Assembly: GCA_013239625.1 (NCBI GenBank)
Contig: MU054323.1
Span: 20,667,082 to 20,731,081, forward strand
Length of the DNA: 64,000 bases
Origin: Lama guanicoe
Lineage: Eukaryota
Reading direction: 5' to 3'
Both the position numbers and the translations under genes were made by a program. Positions 22,949 through 36,959 of this stretch are shown here, in pieces. Every line of letters starts with the position of its first letter. Position 1 is the first letter of the stretch. The notes below the pieces were generated by a model. The model searched no databases, was not told where the DNA came from, and saw only the letters and a list, made by a program, of their open reading frames with translations.

Positions 22949-25253
22949 AGGCCATTGGTCAAGCCTCCTTCCCAGTCCTTCCCAAGAGAGGTCAAGTCAG
23001 CCCAGGAAATGCTGAGTATAAATGGTGATGAGTTGGATTCTCCCTGCCCCCAGCTCTGGAGAATCCTGTTTCAAGCATTTGTGGCAAATCCCTCAACCCT
23101 GCCATCCAACCAACTCTGTTCACCCACCCATTTACCCATCAATTCACGCTTTCATCTTCCCACAGGTATTTACTGATCATCAGCTGGGGGGGGCTGGGGG
23201 GTGGGGGACTGTGGGGAACAGGAGGAAAACCCCAGGCCCTTCTCTCAGAGAGCAAATAGTTCAGTCAGAGAGTCAGAGGCAAGCTGACACAGACGAAGTG
23301 TCAGGAAACAGTCCAAGATGGCGTATGACGGGGACAAATGATACCATTACTAGTAGTAATGAAAGGACAGAAGAGGAAAAAAAGAAGTGAGGAGTGGGAG
23401 GAGGGGGATCTTCATGGACGGAAACTTAGGCAGGCAGAGCATCAGAGGCCAAGCACAGCTGGACGAAAGGGAAGAGCAGGGAGAGCAGACCTGCCGGTTG
23501 GAGAAGGGGGCTGGCGGTGGGGGTGGCAGGAGGAGTGAGGATGGGAGGTGAAGACGGAGGTGCAGACAGCCTCGAGCAAAACTGGGAGGCAAAGGCGGTG
23601 TGTGACCGAGTGAGTACTACTGCGCCTTTTTTGGGTGAATGAAAGTATTTTAAGGTTTCACTGGGCTCTTTTCAGACAACTTCATTATGTCCAGTCTTCT
23701 CTATGGACTTCTCCCCTTCCCAGCAGGGCAAGTGCCTGTGTTTTAACCAGTCACAGGAAACAAGTGTGGAACCGAAGCGCGGTTTGGCTGCTGACTAGGC
23801 CATTCAACTCTTGCAGGGGCTGCAGAAGCCTTACTGCCCCTGCCTCTCCCGACCCTCACCCCAGGAGCCCCGCTCTCTGCTCTCCAGGGCCCTCAGAGCC
23901 AGGGTGGAGAGGTGGGATCTCCAGGCATCACAGTCAGTGAGAGGACTTGATCACCAAAGGTCATCATCTCAGACCTTACCAGTAAACAGAGCTCCAGGGT
24001 GACCTTGACCTGAGACAAATGGCCCCGAGGAAGGTCAGCGTCCTAAGGAATGGAGGGAGGCGGTGCTACAGCAGCTCTGAAAAGCCTGGCAGGAAGTCTG
24101 GGAGGGGGACCACACGTATCTGTGGTATTAGCCTCTGTTTTTTATCTGAGTGTTTTGAAAATTTCATCAAAGAAGAACCAAGAGTGCTGGTCAGTGCTCC
24201 CACGGGCAGCCCCAGCAGGCACAGCGACCACTGCCCACGCAATCACGGCTCTACATCGCGCCCGGGACGACAGCCAGCCCTCGCCTTCACTCCCGACCTG
24301 GCCACGCTACTACATCTGGAGGGGAACTCACACTTCACCTGGCCCAGCTGGACGCCTCTTCCTCCTCCTCCTTCCTTTTCTTCTTTTCACTTTTTAAGCC
24401 CCAGAAACCGTTGTTTAAAAAACAGTACACGTGGAGGCAGAACCAGCCAAATACACACAGCTCAGGGGTCCTAGGGCCCCAAGGGCCCCAAAAGAAACAT
24501 CCAGCAGGGGTGCAAATGGACTGTTGGGGCTTCACACAAGTTTGGTACAGCTCACGTTTTTTAAAAATCAGGAGACTTCACATGTAAAAATCCAAATGTC
24601 TAGCAGCTCTTGAAAATTCAAGAACCTGGTGTCTCTAGGTCTGCATTTTAATGTGATAACAGCGGCCTGGAGCACAGCAGTGGTCACACCCTACAGGAGA
24701 CATCTTAAATAACATTTAAGGTTATTGAGGTTTAGAGAAGTAACCCATTCAAGATCACCCAGGCTGTAAGTGGTAGGGCCAGCTTACAAATCCAGGCTTC
24801 TCTGACCCTGAACCATTTTTGCTAAGCTACCTATCAATGTTGAATGAATAGAGGGATGGATGAAAACACTGATTATTTTCTGTTTGCCCCTCGGACCTAT
24901 TCTTTGTCCTTCTCTGTCCTGCTCAGTGCCCCAGAAGGTTGACCTCCATGGACTGAATTACCCAAGTTTCCCTGCCACCTCCTGGCTTCTGGCCAGATTC
25001 ATTTAATGGGAAGGGAACATTGAGATTTTGGAAGGTAGGAGTAGAGAGAGAGGTTGGGTATTTTTTTCCTGCACCCTTCCCTGCAAGTTGCCAAGGTTCT
25101 GGTGGTGCCTGCAATCCCCTAATTCAGCTCCCCCTGGGTTCTGGTAACCCCATTCCCTCTGTTCTCGGCTGTAGGGCAGCAGGGGGCGGCGACAGGTTCC
25201 CACCATAGCTAGTCTCTAAGGGCCTCAACATCACTTCTTGCTTCCCTCCCCTG

Positions 25254-25458
25254 CAGTGGTTATCAACCTCAGCCAGAGAGGATGCGACCCCTAGGGAACA
25301 TTTACCAATGTCTGGAGACGTTTTTGGTTGTCACAATTCAGAGGCGGTGGTGCTACTGGTGTGCACTGAGTAGGGGCCAGGGATGACACTAAACATCCTA
25401 CAATGCACTTGACAGCCCTCTCCCCAGAATGCTGATGTGCTGAGGCTGAGAAGCCCTG
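25254..25458 (+). mobile_element. MER20 hAT MITE
   Basis: cagtggttatcaacc...caatgtctggagacgtttttggttgtcacaa...aaacatcctacaatgcac...tgagaagccctg. Confidence 0.85.
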
Positions 25459-27180
25459 CTTTCACCCTCCCCACAACCCTCCCAACTGTAAAGGGTCCTT
25501 TCAGTGAAGTCTCTTCAAGTCCAGGAGATGCAGGGAGGGATGGAACCCTTCAGTGTCCATCAGCAACCAGGGGCCTGGGTCTCTATTTGGGCAGATGAGA
25601 AGGAGCTCACCTCCTCACCCCCTTTTTCTGGAAGGTCACCCCTCCCCACCAGCTCTCTGGGCAGGGAGATGACAAAAGGGGAAAAGCAGCCACAGGGGTG
25701 AACAGGCTGCTACAAAGCCCTTTCTGTCTGGAAGTGGAAAAATTTTCCAGGGAAAGGATAAAAACACCATCGTTTGAAATTCTAAAAATACTTGGGGGGA
25801 AAAGAACCCTTTCAAATATTAGGAATTTGCTTTTTCTTAATTTTCCAGTTATTTTCATATGGAACAAACAGCCTAGGTTCCCAAAAGCTCCTGTAGACCC
25901 AGCTCCCGAAGACTGAGATTCCCACAGACACAGTTACATGACCAATGCAAACGTTTTTCCTGGTGACTTGTCATGAAGCCGGGAATACTGCAGCAAATCT
26001 TTTGTTTTAATTTCATAGAAGAGATATAGTAAAAAAAAAAAAAACCCTTTATTTTTAAAGTTAAAATAACTATGATTTAAAAAATGTGGGCCCACCTCAA
26101 ATCACTGGGTCAATATATATGTATATTCCCCCCTGCCCCGATTTTAAAAGTGGATACAGCCAATATGGATGAAAACAAATAAGCATTTCATAAGAGTTGT
26201 AAGCGTGCATTTCAGATTCAGTAGGGCCAGACTCCACTAAAGAGGGGTTGATAAATTAAATTACAGCCGGTTAACAGTGCACTCGGCTCAAAGCTTATAA
26301 AAACATTTGCGTTTGTTCACTTCCAATCACACCAAAGATTAAGAAATGGATTCAAACAAGTATCACCCTCAGGCAGCAATGCTGTGGAAAAGACCTGGTT
26401 CTCCTAGGGGCTTGCAACCTGAGGAGGAGGGAGGGCACCCACCACCTCTCCACCTTTCCGGGGACAGCAGTTACAACCAGCTTTGTGTGCAACACACAGT
26501 CCCTTTTCTCCCAAGGTCAGCAGGGAGTAAGGCGCACGTGGGCTTCATCCATGGCTGTTCCAGAGCAGAATAACCAAGGCATGTCCCTGGGGCCCTGGTG
26601 TGTGAAGGGGCCGCAGAGTGAGGAGTAAGCTGGATCGAGATAAGAAATGCTCAGGCCCACACTTGGCATTTCTCCATTCAGTGAGGATAAATCAGCCAGG
26701 TCCTTCCTCTGCCAGGTGATAAGGCAGTCCCTTGTCCCAAGATGGGCTGGGCCCTCTCCAGCACCTCTCCAGCACTCAGCCTGCACCTTGGTGATTCCAC
26801 TCTGCTGAGTCTCCCTAAGCAATCGATCACCTCCACCTCTCCGTGGAAGGTAAGTGCCTTGGGCTTTATTCTTCTCTACATGGTCACTCACCCTAAATGC
26901 TCCTCCTGGAGGGGGCAATCTGACCCCTTCTCCCAGTCTCTCCCTGCCCCTGCCCAGTGAGCTAGTGAGCCAGGGAGGGCAGGTGGGAGAGCCTTTGATG
27001 GAGCTGGGGTACAATGAGGTTGCTAACAGACTGGGAAGCCCTCTTGCAGGCATCTGGACAACCTAAGATCCCCTTCTGCCATCAGCTCTTCTTCCTCTGC
27101 CTGGGCAGAGTCAGTGGCTCTGTAGGCGTGGTCCATATTCCTCCAGTTTGGGTCTTGCAATTTCTCTCTTCCTTTTCCTC

Positions 27181-27272
27181 TTTTTTTTTTTTTTTTAATG
27201 GAGGTACTGGGGATAGAACCCAGGACCACATGAGTTCTAAGCATGTGCTCTGTCACTGAGCTATTTCCTTCC
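27181..27272 (-). mobile_element. tRNA-Ala-derived SINE
   Basis: Poly(T) followed by aatggaggtactggggatagaacccaggacc...cactgagctat. Confidence 0.85.
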
Positions 27273-27638
27273 TCACTACTTCTCTTTCCTTAAAGTCACT
27301 CTAGTTTTCTTTAGTTAATTTCACTACTAGAATTTCTTTCTCTTACAGGGAATTTTTTCTCAGCCTGAGCTCTTTGGATTGATGAGCTCCTTCTAACATG
27401 GGGGGCTGCCCAGCTCCCCCATCACATTGGTGGGGGGATAGGGGAGGTAGTGGGTGAGGATGGTCCGGAAGTGTATCTGAAGACTAGAAATTTGAAATCA
27501 GAAACATTCAGGATGGTAATTTTTCTCTCCTGAGAACTTTCCCACTTCACTTACCAGCCTTCTCGAGAATCCAGAAAGTTCCCTTATAGGTGCCCCCTCC
27601 TCACTCCCAAGCTTTTAGAGCTCTAAAGAGAACAAAGA

Positions 27639-27762
27639 AGGTGGGGGGTATAGCTCAGTGGTAGAGCATATGCTTAGCATGCATGAGGTACTGGGTTCAA
27701 ACCCCAGCACCTTCATTCAAAAAGAAAAAAAAGATATTCTTTAAAAAAATAAATAGATAAAC
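27639..27762 (+). mobile_element. tRNA-Ala(AGC)-derived SINE with A-rich tail
   Basis: A box TAGCTCAGTGG, B box GGTTCAAACCC, A-rich tail and TSD agaacaaaga at 27629-27638 and 27763-27772. Confidence 0.9.
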
Positions 27763-28534
27763 AGAACAAAGACAGCCCATTGTAATATAACAAGCAAATC
27801 AAGGTATAAATGACTCCTAAACTCACAAAGTTAATTTAACATTTATAAACAGTGCTCAAAATATAAGTGCCTGGGATTTCAAAGTTTCTGGGAATTTTGT
27901 GTCTTGAAATGGGATTCACTCCCACATTTCTCAAGGCCTTTCCTATCTGTGACCAAAATTCCCCGGCAGCTTCCCAGGGACTGCTGTCTGCCTTCCAAAG
28001 GTGACGGAAACCGCCTGCTGCCATGGCCCTGGGCTGATGGAAGTGGAGTAACTGAGGCTAGAAAACCCAGGAAGAGGAAAGGGGAGGGAGAGGCCACGGA
28101 AAACATCTCTTTCTAAGAACAAGCCAAGGAAGAGATGACAATTCAGAGAATACAGAGCAGTGAGGCTCTGGGTTTTTAGCAGCTAAAAAGGAGGAAAGAT
28201 CAAACTGTGGCAGGATGGATTAAAATGAGCTGCTGGGAAGAGCATCTGGGTCTTAAGGGTTTTAAGACCCTGGAATCCACTGCCCAGATCGGCTCCTTTG
28301 CTTTCGGTATCAGTCCTTCGGAGGGAGGGTGGGAGGAGGGGTTAGGCAGAAGAGGAACCCTGGGAAGCAGCAGGTTGTTTTTGACCTTGAAGATGTTTTG
28401 ATTTTGCCACGAATGCTACTGGTCAAAACAATCCACATAAACCTAAACTGACAATGGCTAAATAGCACGAGATAAAATTCACAGTAACTGACCAAAGAAG
28501 TCATTTTGTTAGTAACACTCAAAACTGCAGATAG

Positions 28535-28612
28535 TAACAACGACAATGACAACAACGACAACGACAACAACGACAACAACAACAACAACAACAACAACAA
28601 CGACAATGACAA
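28535..28612 (+). repeat. Compound (CAA/GAC)n trinucleotide microsatellite
   Basis: aacaacgacaatgacaacaacgac...caacaacaac read directly. Confidence 0.95.
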
Positions 28613-29804
28613 CTGGGGGGAAATGTGACGGTGGGAACAAACACACAAACACAAACCAAAAATCCTGACAAAATTGAAAACCAAGTATGGTGAAACTCTT
28701 ATTGACAAAATTTGGACCAAAAAGCAAATATTCACTGCCAAATTTTTTAGAGAAAAGAATTAATAAAAAGGGAGACCATTATAACATTTTAATGGCTCTA
28801 TATAGAAAATCGATCACGGAATTAAATTGGCTTGATGCAGTTACACTGGAAAATAATTCCCTGATGAAAATTTATCAATGTTGATATCATTCAGATTAAA
28901 AAAAATTTGTATTTACATGGAGTTGCAATGTCCTCCAAGTAAAAATGTTGAGGTCAAAACACAGTGAACTCATTTTGAAGGGAGAGAAAGGAGGAGAGTA
29001 TCCTCTCAATTTGGTCCTCACTCAAGGAGCAGTCTGGCCTGTTCCCACAACCTTCCTGTCCCTAAACGCATGGCCTCCACTGTTCATCTGAATCCAGTCT
29101 CTGGCAGTGTGGGCAGGGCTTTGGCACTCTCTCCTTGGCTACTTCCCGCCCTCTCTTCATAGTGGCACCCCATCCCTGGCCCTCACCTCTATATCCACAG
29201 TTACCTGTCCGACAATTGTACCCCTCCATCCCCACTGCCGCTCTGAGGTTCCCCCTCACCAGTCTTCCTTTTAGAACAATGGCAACCTTCCAACCAGCCT
29301 TTGTGCTTCTAATCTTGGCCTCCTTCTCTTCAAGCCATCCTCTACCCTGTGGTCCAGGCAATCTTTCTAACACTTCCTTTTTAAAAGTCTACAGTGGCTC
29401 CTCAGAGCCCAAGTGCCTTAACTCTTTAGCATGAAAGGCTCTTTCTGCCTGGCTCCCCCGTCCCCATAATTATAGGAGTAAATAAGTCCATGCTCTCCTG
29501 TATTACACCTTTATCACTAGTGGACTGGCCACACCAGGCACACGTGTTTTAACTTCACATTTTCCTTCATTCTGGGTTGTTGAATCCCTTTCTAAGTTCT
29601 TCCCTTGCCTGAATCCAAACTTTTCAGCATCTCCTTGATGACCTCTTCATTTCCAGAGAGACTCCTGGTTCCTCAGCCTCATTCCTTCCGTTTCTTTCCA
29701 GATGTAGTAGAATGAGGTCACTGTGTCTTAGAGGGTAAGGATGGGGTGGTACATGCCTGCTATTCCTTGTCAGAGTAGACCTAGGAGAATCCATTAAGAA
29801 AGGA

Positions 29805-30402
29805 CCTCCAGTTCCTCAAAAAGTTAAACATGGAATTATCATACAATCCAGCAATTCCACTCCGAAGTAATTATCAAGAAGAACTGAAAATAAGCACTCA
29901 AACAACAACTTGCACATGAATATTCACAGGAGCACTATTCATAACAGTCAAAAGGTGGAAAGAACTCAAATGTCCATCATTGGATGAGTAGATACACAAA
30001 ATATGATACATCCATACAACTGAATATTACTTGGGCATAAAAATAAATGAAGTAGTTATATAAGCTACAATACGGATGAAACTTGTAAACGTTATGCCTA
30101 GTGAAAAAGGCCAAGCACAAAAGGTCATATGATTCCATTTATATGAAATCGCCAGCATAGGAAAACTGATGGATACAGAAAGCAGACTGGTGGTTGCCAG
30201 TGGCTGGGAGGGGAGGATAGGAAGTGACTGTTTAATGGACATGGGCTTTTGGGGAGGGTGATGAAAATGTTCTGGAACTAGAGGGTGGTGATGGTTGCAC
30301 ATTATGAATCACTAAATGCCATTGAATAGCATGCTTTAAAATGGTTAACTGTATGTCATGTGAATTTCACCTTAACAACAACAACAACAAAATGCAAAAA
30401 AG
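29805..30402 (+). mobile_element. L1M 3' end
   Basis: cctcaaaaagttaaacatggaattatcatacaatccagcaattccactc...gtggttgccag, ending in an A-rich tail. Confidence 0.9.
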
Positions 30403-31944
30403 GAAAGACCTCCTTGGGAATGGAGCCAGAGTGTGCCGGGAACAGGGGACAGTGGGTAATTCAATTCTGTGCCCCTGTGGCTTTAAATAAAAGGGGTGGG
30501 TAAGAAAGGAGCTCTTCAATGAGTCTTACTCCCCAGGACACATTTCCCAAAGACTAACTCAGAGCAGAGGTGTGAGGGGTGGAGAGATAGTGCACCTGGG
30601 GGTAAAAGGAGCAAGAGGGAAGAGGGCTGGCCCTCCCTCCTCGCGGCTGGTGTTGGCTCACACAGGAGAGGTGTAGGACTTGGAGCACTAGAAAGGCTGC
30701 AATCCTGGGAGGGTGGTCTGAACAGCCACTGAGGCGGGAACCCTTGTTTTCCTAAGCCTCATCACGTTCAGTAACAAAGCAAGACGCTTTACGTCTAGAG
30801 GCACCTGCAAGGTAAGCTCGTATGTAAGTGGATCCCGTGAAATAGAGTTTTATGCAGAGAACGATCAGATCACAAAGCTGTAAGGAGAAATCTCTTTACC
30901 CAAATTACACAGACCCACACGTCTGGTTTCCATTTCATTGCCTGGGTCTGTTTTATAGTTGTGCTTTTTCATGAAAGCTTTTAAGGGAGGCTATTCCCTG
31001 ATGTCATGCAAAAAAAATGTCTGAATACAATTACATTACAGAGCAGCACTCTTGGAAGAGAACGCAGCCAGGAAGCTTGCTGGTGTCTTGTTTCCTTCCC
31101 TTTAAAAGCCATTTGCTCTCTAAAAACAGAAGCCCCCAATCCCAGCTCTCCTGGTCCCTCTACCTGTCAGAGCGCCCAGTGGTACCCCCCAGGGATGTGG
31201 GTGGGCCGTCAGGTAATGGCGTCCAGCTCCAGAGACCGGCACACAATCCTGAGCCACCTTGTGTAAGGTCACCCATTTTACAATCAAGGTGAGGGAACAG
31301 GGCTTCCTTCTAATGGCGTTCTCAGGAATCTACTCTAAAGCCTCCTTTCCACTGCCTCCCTACCCTCACGCCTTATTCCAACTTGCCCCCAGGTTTGGGG
31401 AATGGTTTTTCTTAAAAGCTATTATGAAAAACAGCTCTTCTCCATCAAAATCTGTTCTACTGTGAGCAAATTCTCCATATTTTTCACCCTTTCCCTGTTT
31501 CTTTCTCCTCCTGGTGGAAGCTCCCACACTCCTAACTTTCTAGTAGATGCTGGTCTTTCCCTCCCTCAGTCTCTGACTCAGGACAATCAGCATACACCTC
31601 CTGCCACTTCCAGACTGCCTCTCCTTCTCACTCAACAATCTCTCTTCTTTCCAAGTCCATACTAACCACTCCCTGTTCTCGTCAACCTTAACTAGAGACC
31701 AGGCCTTTCTCAATGACGCAGAGTCACCGCCACCTGACTGGTGACTTGAACATCCATAAAGATATCCCTCCCAGTGCTTGGTTTCACTATTCTCCAACCT
31801 CTTCAATTCCAATACTCTCCATCTCCAATTTCACTTCACTCCCAATAACCATGACGGCATCCGAGACCTTGTCATTACTTACAATTCTTTCAACTTCAAG
31901 ATCTCAAACTCTAAGCTTTTTCAACACTTTTAAGTGAAAGTCAT

Positions 31945-32120
31945 CATCGCTGACATTTATTGAGCACTTGTTATGTGTAAGCACTATCATAAGTACTTCA
32001 CATAAATTAATTACATATGTATTAATTACAACGACCTTTTAAAGGTACTATGAGACCCATTTTACCCACGAGGTAAGCAGAGACAAAGGTAAGGATATGA
32101 GATTTAAACCACACAGTCTA
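31945..32120 (-). mobile_element. MIR SINE
   Basis: acatttattgagcacttgttatgtg..cccattttac. Confidence 0.65.
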
Positions 32121-33439
32121 TACACTACGGCCGACGCCACACAGCCTCCCTAATAACCCTAAAACAATTGTTTAACCTTCCACTTCTTCCACTGAAACTA
32201 ACTACCCCGTCACCCTAATCCTGATCCCATCCTTGACCCTGCCCCTTCTCTTAGGCCATCACTTGCCTCTCTCTACAAATATCCTGGGCTCCCTGGGTCT
32301 GTGATGCTCTTCCTAGCCCCCATTTCCCTTGTCAATCTGATCTCATTCCAGGCTCAACTGTGCTCCATAGCCACCTCTCCTCACATCATCTCCTGATTCA
32401 CCGTGAGCCACTGATTCCCACCGAAGGGAGGGGTCTGGTCCTCAGGCTCTCTGCACATCCATGCTCTTTCATTTCAGCTGGCGTCTCCCTGCCCCCTGGC
32501 TGTGCTATTCTTTCATTCATTTTTTTTTTTTTGGTGACTCCTAACTGAACCTCTATATAAACTGTTCCAACTGTCTCCCTGTTCCTCCATCCTACTCCCT
32601 AACTACTCATTCTTCCAGATAATCTTGTCTTCTAAAAAAGACATTCAATATAAGCTCAAATATCTGTCCTCCCCAACTTCAGTTTTCTAATGATTCTTTT
32701 GAAATATTAGCTTGAAGGCAGAGCAGGGACTAGGAAATGTGGTTTGAGGATGAGGGAGTAATGTCAATATTTATATGAGAGACAGCCTGGAGAGGGAGAA
32801 GGAGGGCCCTAAAGACACATGGCAGAAAAGGGCATGTGGCTGGAGAGGGGTCATAGGGCTGGCATCAGGTGCTACATGAAGAAGGTGTGGAGGTGAAGGG
32901 GCATTTGTGGCTGAGTCTGAAGGGGGTCAGATGAGAAGAGAGATGATGTTACAGAGTGGCCTCCTACTTACTTTTAAACTCCTTGAAGTAGGTTTCTGAC
33001 CTCTCCACTACTGGACCTTCTCTCTCAAAACTCACTTGTGACATTTCTTCAGTCCTGATGCTCCTTGACCTGACCTTTTGATGGTGACTGGGATGGTTGA
33101 CCAACCCTGTCCTCTTGATAGTTCTTCCTTATGTGGCTTCATGACAATGGAACCTCTTAGTTTTCTTGATGGGAATTCCTTTACTAGCTTCCCTCCCAGG
33201 CTACTACGATGACCTACTAAGAATGCTCTCTACCTTTAATTACTAAAAACCCCATCCATCCGTCTCTCTCTTTCAATATATATTTATTGAGCCCCTACCA
33301 TCTGCCAAGCACATGGCAGCTATTAAACTGTAGCTGAATTAATCTTAATGTATAGCTCTGATCATGTTACTTATTTGTTAAAAATTTTTACTGGTTCTCT
33401 GGTGCAAATGATATCCAGATTCTTTGCCCTGGCACTCTG

Positions 33440-33990
33440 GGCTTTTAGTGGACGTCTGTTGTTTTTGTGGCCTAGCTTCCATTCACCTTCTCTAGATAGC
33501 TGTGTCCCAACCTTCCCCTAGACAGCCAGCCCCTCCACACCTTTAGTCCATGTGCTTTGGGTGTGGCTAACTCCCCCTCCAACTCCAGCCATGGGCACCT
33601 GCCCCAGGTCTAAGCCAATCAGGGCATCATGTTCCCTGCTTCAGAAATTAGTTCCAGGAGAGGCCTGGAACCCAACTACAGCCATTAAAAAAGCATTTAA
33701 AAGTCAAGAGACTTTACTGATACAGGCCTTGATTACACAAAGATGTGAAGGCTAGAGCAGTTACAGCCATCTGACAACTCCAAGGGAAGTGAGAGCTTAT
33801 CTGAAAACAGAACCAATGAAGAGCAGAGAAGAAAAACGGTGAGAAACCAGGTCCCTGGGACACTGTCTGAGCCCTTGAATTGGCTCCAGAACTCTCAAGT
33901 CACATGATCCACTGTGCCCCGCTGTGCTGGAGTGGGTTGGGTCAGACTTTTCGTCCTTTGCATGTGAGAGTCCTGCTTGGTCCGGAGATC
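33440..33990 (+). mobile_element. Old LTR (MLT1/LTR16-like)
   Basis: aagccaatcagggcatc, gcagttacagccatct, gagtgggttgggtcagacttttcgtcctttgca. Confidence 0.55.
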
Positions 33991-36959
33991 CTCGGCTGCA
34001 TCCCATCTTTCCTCTCACCCCACCCTACTCGCATATGAAGGCTTGTACACTAATTTATTCCTTTCCTGAATATGCCTCACACTTGGCCATCTCTGTCTTT
34101 CTGGAAGGCTCCCCATCTTTTCCATCTTCTCTCACTCAAATTATATCTAACCTTTAAGCTTCAGTCATAATGAACTTTCATCTAAGAAGCCATTCTTCTC
34201 CAATTTCTCCCACTAACAAGTGTTTGTCAAATGAATGACTAACTGAACAATAACACAGAGAGACAGGGTCCAAGGAGTGGGGTTTGCCAACCTGCTGTAC
34301 AGACCTGGGTTCCAGCTATCCTCTTCGTCACCTCTAAGGGTGGGACTTGTTTTTTCCATCTTCCCACTGGTCAAAATCCCCGCTTCCTACCCTCTTTGGC
34401 CATCATTTCCCAAAAAAGTTTCCCCTGGGATGCTGGCTTATTAGAATGTTTGTAGATACTTAAAACAGAAAACTCCAAACTCCAAAACCAAGCAAAGGAA
34501 AAAGGGAAAAAAAGAAAAAAAGATTTGGATATTAAATAAGCCTGGAAAATTCTGAGTTAAACAAAGGTTTTTGTTTTTAATGCAGGGAGGTGGGGATGGG
34601 GGCAGGACGTGTAGCCTTTCTCCAACTTACTCATAAAACAGGTACAGCACAGAGGGGAGTGCCGCATTCTTCCTTGCAGACATGCTTTGGTTTAAGGTGG
34701 TGCGGGTGATTTTATATACACACATAAATATCCTACCCTTTGTTCAAGGTGCCTATTTGCTCTGCACAGTGACTATTATGAACACAGAAAACTGTTCATT
34801 GTTAAACATGGCATGCTAAGTGGTTTTGCTCTCTGGCAAATCTCCAAACCATAATTATTAAGGGACCAGGAGCTGCTGAGGAATTCTTGGGTTACAGAGG
34901 CTTTGATCTGCCCCTGCCTTCCCTCCCTGACATGGATTTCCACGGGTGTGGCTGACTTCCATTGTTTTTCCCCAGCGGTGTGGCTGCCTCGAAGGTGTGG
35001 ACAGAAAAGAACCGCAAGGTGAGCGGGGTGACTGCTGAGACCAGGCTCTGGCTGAAGCCCCGCACGGCTGCAACCAAGGGAACGCATGAGCTCTGTCCCA
35101 GTCTCAAAGTCCTAATGCTGTGGCCTCGAATATTCCACGTCCCTCGCGCTCTGGGAAGCCCAGGTTCTTGGGCCGCCCTCGTGATCGGGCTCTAGCTGGA
35201 GTGCAGCCTCTGCTCTCAGTGCCCCACGTGACTTTGTCCAGCAAAAGGCAGCAGGCTCTGCGTGGGGGAGGTTTTGTCATTTCAATCCCATCCCAGCTGA
35301 ACGAAAAGCCTTTGAGGAGCGCTGGCCATTGGCATGTGTTGACATCAAACTCAGCTGCCTGCTTGACAAAGTGAAGAAGATGTCCCAACTCGGTCATAAA
35401 CGTTAGGTCAAACTTCTGACAGAGCCAAACACCTTTCTACTGAATCACAGGCTGGAATGTCAAGGGGGACTTATCTATTCCTTCAGCCTCCTTCAGATTC
35501 TCCCCTGCCTGAAAAGAGAGGTGGGAAAGAATACCCATATGTTCATGACTCTATGACAGAAGGAATTAAAAGAAGCCTCCAAAGTAAAGTGGTAAGGGTC
35601 TCTGGGTGAATGAAAAGGACTCTATAACAAATAGCAAGTTTCTAGTTTGCCAGCATTAAAGGAATATCATTTAGCATTTTGACTGAGGATGGAATGGGGT
35701 GTCCTTTCTGACATTTGTTTTTCTTCATGTTTTAATACAGCTATTCCATGAGATATGTGATCAGCCCCATTTTACAGATGACAAAACTGAGGCCAAGAGA
35801 GTAGAGCCAACGAATTCAGGATGGAGGCGACTCTAATGCCTAGATCACTATTCTCTCTCCAAGTTGGTGCTGCCCTTCAAAGGTCTCCTCTGATGGGAAA
35901 GGACCTCCTCAGTCATGGGCCCTCTGTTGGTGGGTGGAGAATGGGGACCGAGACACAAAGGCAGGGAGAGAATGAAGAAGACAGAAATCAGAGAACCTCA
36001 GGGCAGCAATGAGAAACCAGAGGCTCTAATGCAGAGGGAGCTCAGAGAACTGCCCAGATCCCACCTATGTTGGGGAGGGAGCTAGAATAGTTTCCTTCAA
36101 GTGTCAGCTCCCATGGGGAGAGGCAGAGAACAGAAGCAGAATGCCTGGGTGAAGGGGGGACCCCAGCAATTAGCCCCAGCCATGCTCTTCACTGTTTGTT
36201 AGAGGCTGCAACTCCCTGGGGAGGAGTCAGGTGATCAGTCACAAAGAGGAGAGAAGAGTACCCAACCCTGGGCAGCCGGGCCCAATCCAGAAAGTCTCGG
36301 CTGTGGGGCAGTACAGGAGGCTTCTGAGCCTCGTCCCTGAATGGGTCAACTTAGTGGGATCCCTTTTTGTCCCCCCACTTAAATCTATTCCACTCCCCTC
36401 CTTCCTGTTGGCATCCGTCTTAGGGAGATGCATATGAGCTCATTCCGGAAATGGGAGACCTTTCTTCCCACTCAAGGTGAAGGTCAATGATTCACGTAGC
36501 TAAAAATAAACTTAAGGCCACCTATCAATAAAAGGAAAATGAAACACACACACAAAGTTAAATTCCCCTGCTATTTAAATTACACCAAGGAACATACAAC
36601 CTTATTTAGTAAGTACAACCAACACTCAAATATGTAAACTTTAATTACATGTTCTGGACCAGTGAGAGCAATATGAGGAAAAAGGAGGAGGAGAGGCGAG
36701 GGTAGGGGAAAGCCACAAACTAAAGGAGACAAAGCTCAGGGGTAGGAAGTGAGGCCTGAGCTCAGAAGTAGGGAAGAAGGTGTGAGGAGGGAGGAGGTAC
36801 AAAAGGGGCATGTCCTCTAGGTTTGGGGGCTGAGGTGACTGGCAGTGTGTGGGCAGTGCTTACTAGTGGGTAAGTGTCGCTTACAACTCCTACTGATCTT
36901 TATCCTTACACTTTCAGATGCCCTCCTTGGAATGGCGGAGCAAAAAGAGCCCACTGGAG

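Noticed and set aside
27644..27715. Possible genuine tRNA-Ala gene
   Set aside because: A-rich tail, flanking TSD, acceptor-stem mismatch and three similar decayed copies in the window indicate a SINE.
28310..28741. Poly-Leu and poly-Val ORFs resembling signal or transmembrane segments
   Set aside because: They are translations of the CAA/GAC microsatellite.
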